A stretch of 64,000 nt of DNA from Desulfobaccales bacterium (GTDB lineage Bacteria > Desulfobacterota > Desulfobaccia > Desulfobaccales > 0-14-0-80-60-11). The DNA is taken from NCBI GenBank assembly GCA_052147455.1, contig JBKQKO010000001.1, forward strand, positions 9,379 to 73,378, written 5' to 3'. How positions within the stretch are numbered: the first letter of the stretch is position 1; every line of letters starts with the position of its first letter. The notes beneath the pieces were generated by a model. That model had not been told where the DNA came from. It searched no databases and was given only the letters and a program-made list of their open reading frames with translations. The position numbers and the translations under genes were made by a program. Positions 62,610 through 64,000 of this stretch are shown piece after piece.

Positions 62610-62785
62610 GAGGACCAGGATTTGCTGGTTTTTTTATGACTCGGGGTCCGGGCGCGAGCATTACCTCACGCCAAGGCGCCGAGAGCGCTATGTGCCGGCC
62701 ATCCCCTTGATTTTGCCTTGGTTTACGGCCTCTGCTATGGTAGCATGATTATACTTGCGCTTTGAGGGGAAGAAAAGGAAAAATC

Positions 62786-63430
62786 ATGAATCCCTGGGTG
62801 CTGGCGGGAGTGGCTGGCACTTCTTTTATCGTAGCCCTGTCCGGGGCCATGATGCCGGGGCCGCTGCTCACGGTGACCGTGGGCGAGTCGGCCCGCCGCG
62901 GTTTCTGGGCCGGACCCCTGATCATCGTGGGCCACGCCCTGCTGGAGGCGGTCCTGGTCGTGCTATTATTGCTGGGTCTGGGAACCTGGCTGAATCAGCC
63001 CCCGATCCTGGGAGGGGTGGGCGTGCTGGGGGCAGTCCTGTTGGGCTGGATGGGTCTCCTGACCCTGAAGGCCTCCCGCCAGGGGCGCCTGGATCTGGTG
63101 GCCGGCAAGGGCTCTGGCCTAAACCCGGTGCTGGCCGGGGTGCTGATGAGCGCCGCCAATCCTTACTGGGTCATCTGGTGGCTCACCATCGGCCTGGGCT
63201 ACGTGATGTTCTCCAGAAAATACGGATTTGCCGGGGTGTCCCTCTTCTACCTGGGGCACGTCCTGGCGGACTTCACCTGGTACACCCTGGTATCCGGGGC
63301 GGTGGCCCAGGGACGGCGCTTCCTCTCCGACGGCCTCTACCGCGGCTTCCTGGCGTGCTGCGGCGTCTTTCTGGTGGGCTTCGGGGGTTATTTCGGGCTC
63401 CAGGGAGTAAAGTTTTTTCTGAACCTCTAG
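62786..63430 (+). CDS. LysE-family amino-acid exporter
   Basis: I placed the start at ATG 62786. PGPLLTVTVGES and NPYWVIWW motifs are present, with 6 TM helices. Confidence 0.8.
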   Translation: MNPWVLAGVAGTSFIVALSGAMMPGPLLTVTVGESARRGFWAGPLIIVGHALLEAVLVVLLLLGLGTWLNQPPILGGVGVLGAVLLGWMGLLTLKASRQGRLDLVAGKGSGLNPVLAGVLMSAANPYWVIWWLTIGLGYVMFSRKYGFAGVSLFYLGHVLADFTWYTLVSGAVAQGRRFLSDGLYRGFLACCGVFLVGFGGYFGLQGVKFFLNL

Positions 63431-63469
63431 GCGCGGACTTGCTATGATTGACTTGATAATGGAGGCTTC

Positions 63470-64000
63470 ATGATTCAAAAAGACCTGACGGTGGGATTGC
63501 TGGAGGTCAACTGCTATATCCTGGGGGATGAGGAGAGCAAAGAGGCGGTGGTCATCGACCCGGGGGGCGACGAGGAGAAAATCCTGGAGGCCTTGAAGCG
63601 CGCAGAACTCAATCTTAAATATATTATCGACACCCATGGCCATTTCGACCACGTGGACGCCAACCAGCCCTTAAAGGAGGCCACCGGGGCCAAGATCGCC
63701 ATCCACGAGGCGGATGCCCAGATGTTGAGCCAACCTTCGGAGGAGGCCATGTTCTTCACCGGCAACCGCCTCCACTTGTCCCAGGCGGACCTGCTGCTGA
63801 AAGAGGACGACCTCCTCAGTTTCGGACCCTACCGGTTGAAGGTCCTGCACACCCCGGGGCATACCCCGGGGGGCATCAGCCTGGTCCTGGAAGGGCAGCC
63901 TTGCGTGTACGTGGGGGACTTGCTGTTTGCCGGCTCCATCGGGCGCACCGACTTCCCCGGCGGTTCCTTAGATAACCTGATCCAGGCGGTGCGCACCAAG
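63470..64000 (+). CDS. MBL-fold hydrolase (glyoxalase II-like), 3' end cut by window edge
   Basis: This ORF is absent from the track because it has no stop before base 64000. I translated it by hand. GGAGG lies upstream of ATG 63470. The protein reads MIQKDLTVGLLEVNCYILGDEE...IDTHGHFDHVDAN...HTPGHTPGG. Confidence 0.85.
   Translation, partial: MIQKDLTVGLLEVNCYILGDEESKEAVVIDPGGDEEKILEALKRAELNLKYIIDTHGHFDHVDANQPLKEATGAKIAIHEADAQMLSQPSEEAMFFTGNRLHLSQADLLLKEDDLLSFGPYRLKVLHTPGHTPGGISLVLEGQPCVYVGDLLFAGSIGRTDFPGGSLDNLIQAVRTK

Overview
This is a 64-kb chromosomal window of about 60% GC. The gene content looks like an anaerobic delta-proteobacterium-type organism. That is an inference from the cimA-aspartate kinase pair, an FbaB-type class I aldolase, a PEP-CTERM protein and a candidate selenoprotein. 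I call about 60 protein genes, and most are housekeeping. They include two-component regulators and an isoprenoid or envelope group (HpnG-like phosphorylase, SGNH hydrolase, TMTC-like TPR membrane protein, IspH fusion, porin). They also include serS, tyrA-aroC-aroK, trxB, tsaD, cimA-lysC, folD, hisI, kdsD, efp, ftsB and ilvE. The remainder are lpxB, fbaB, ribE-ribBA-ribH-nusB, rpsF-rpsR-rplI-dnaB, an MFS pump, two hsp20 genes and murA. I found no rRNA, tRNA or CRISPR array by eye. The most notable items are these. (1) A 2,634-bp IS1595-family transposon at 37652-40285 has 24-bp inverted repeats and an 8-bp target duplication, and an intact empty-site copy lies in the same window. It carries four passenger ORFs, one of them a HEPN/Abi_C-like protein with an RNYAMH motif. 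(2) A thioredoxin-fold gene at 29745-30320 is only complete if an in-frame TGA is read as selenocysteine (U-L-G-C redox motif, with a hairpin downstream). (3) IspH is fused to a UbiA-like polytopic membrane domain. (4) A secreted Ser/His/Tyr-rich protein is built from 15-nt tandem repeats and sits in a low-GC island. (5) The intergenic space is dense with repeats: CGGTTTN heptamer tracts that often abut stop codons, nested MITE-like hairpin elements and REP pairs. Many long ORFs in the track are antisense shadows of real genes and were rejected. All family assignments are by-eye motif recognition and need HMM or BLAST confirmation.
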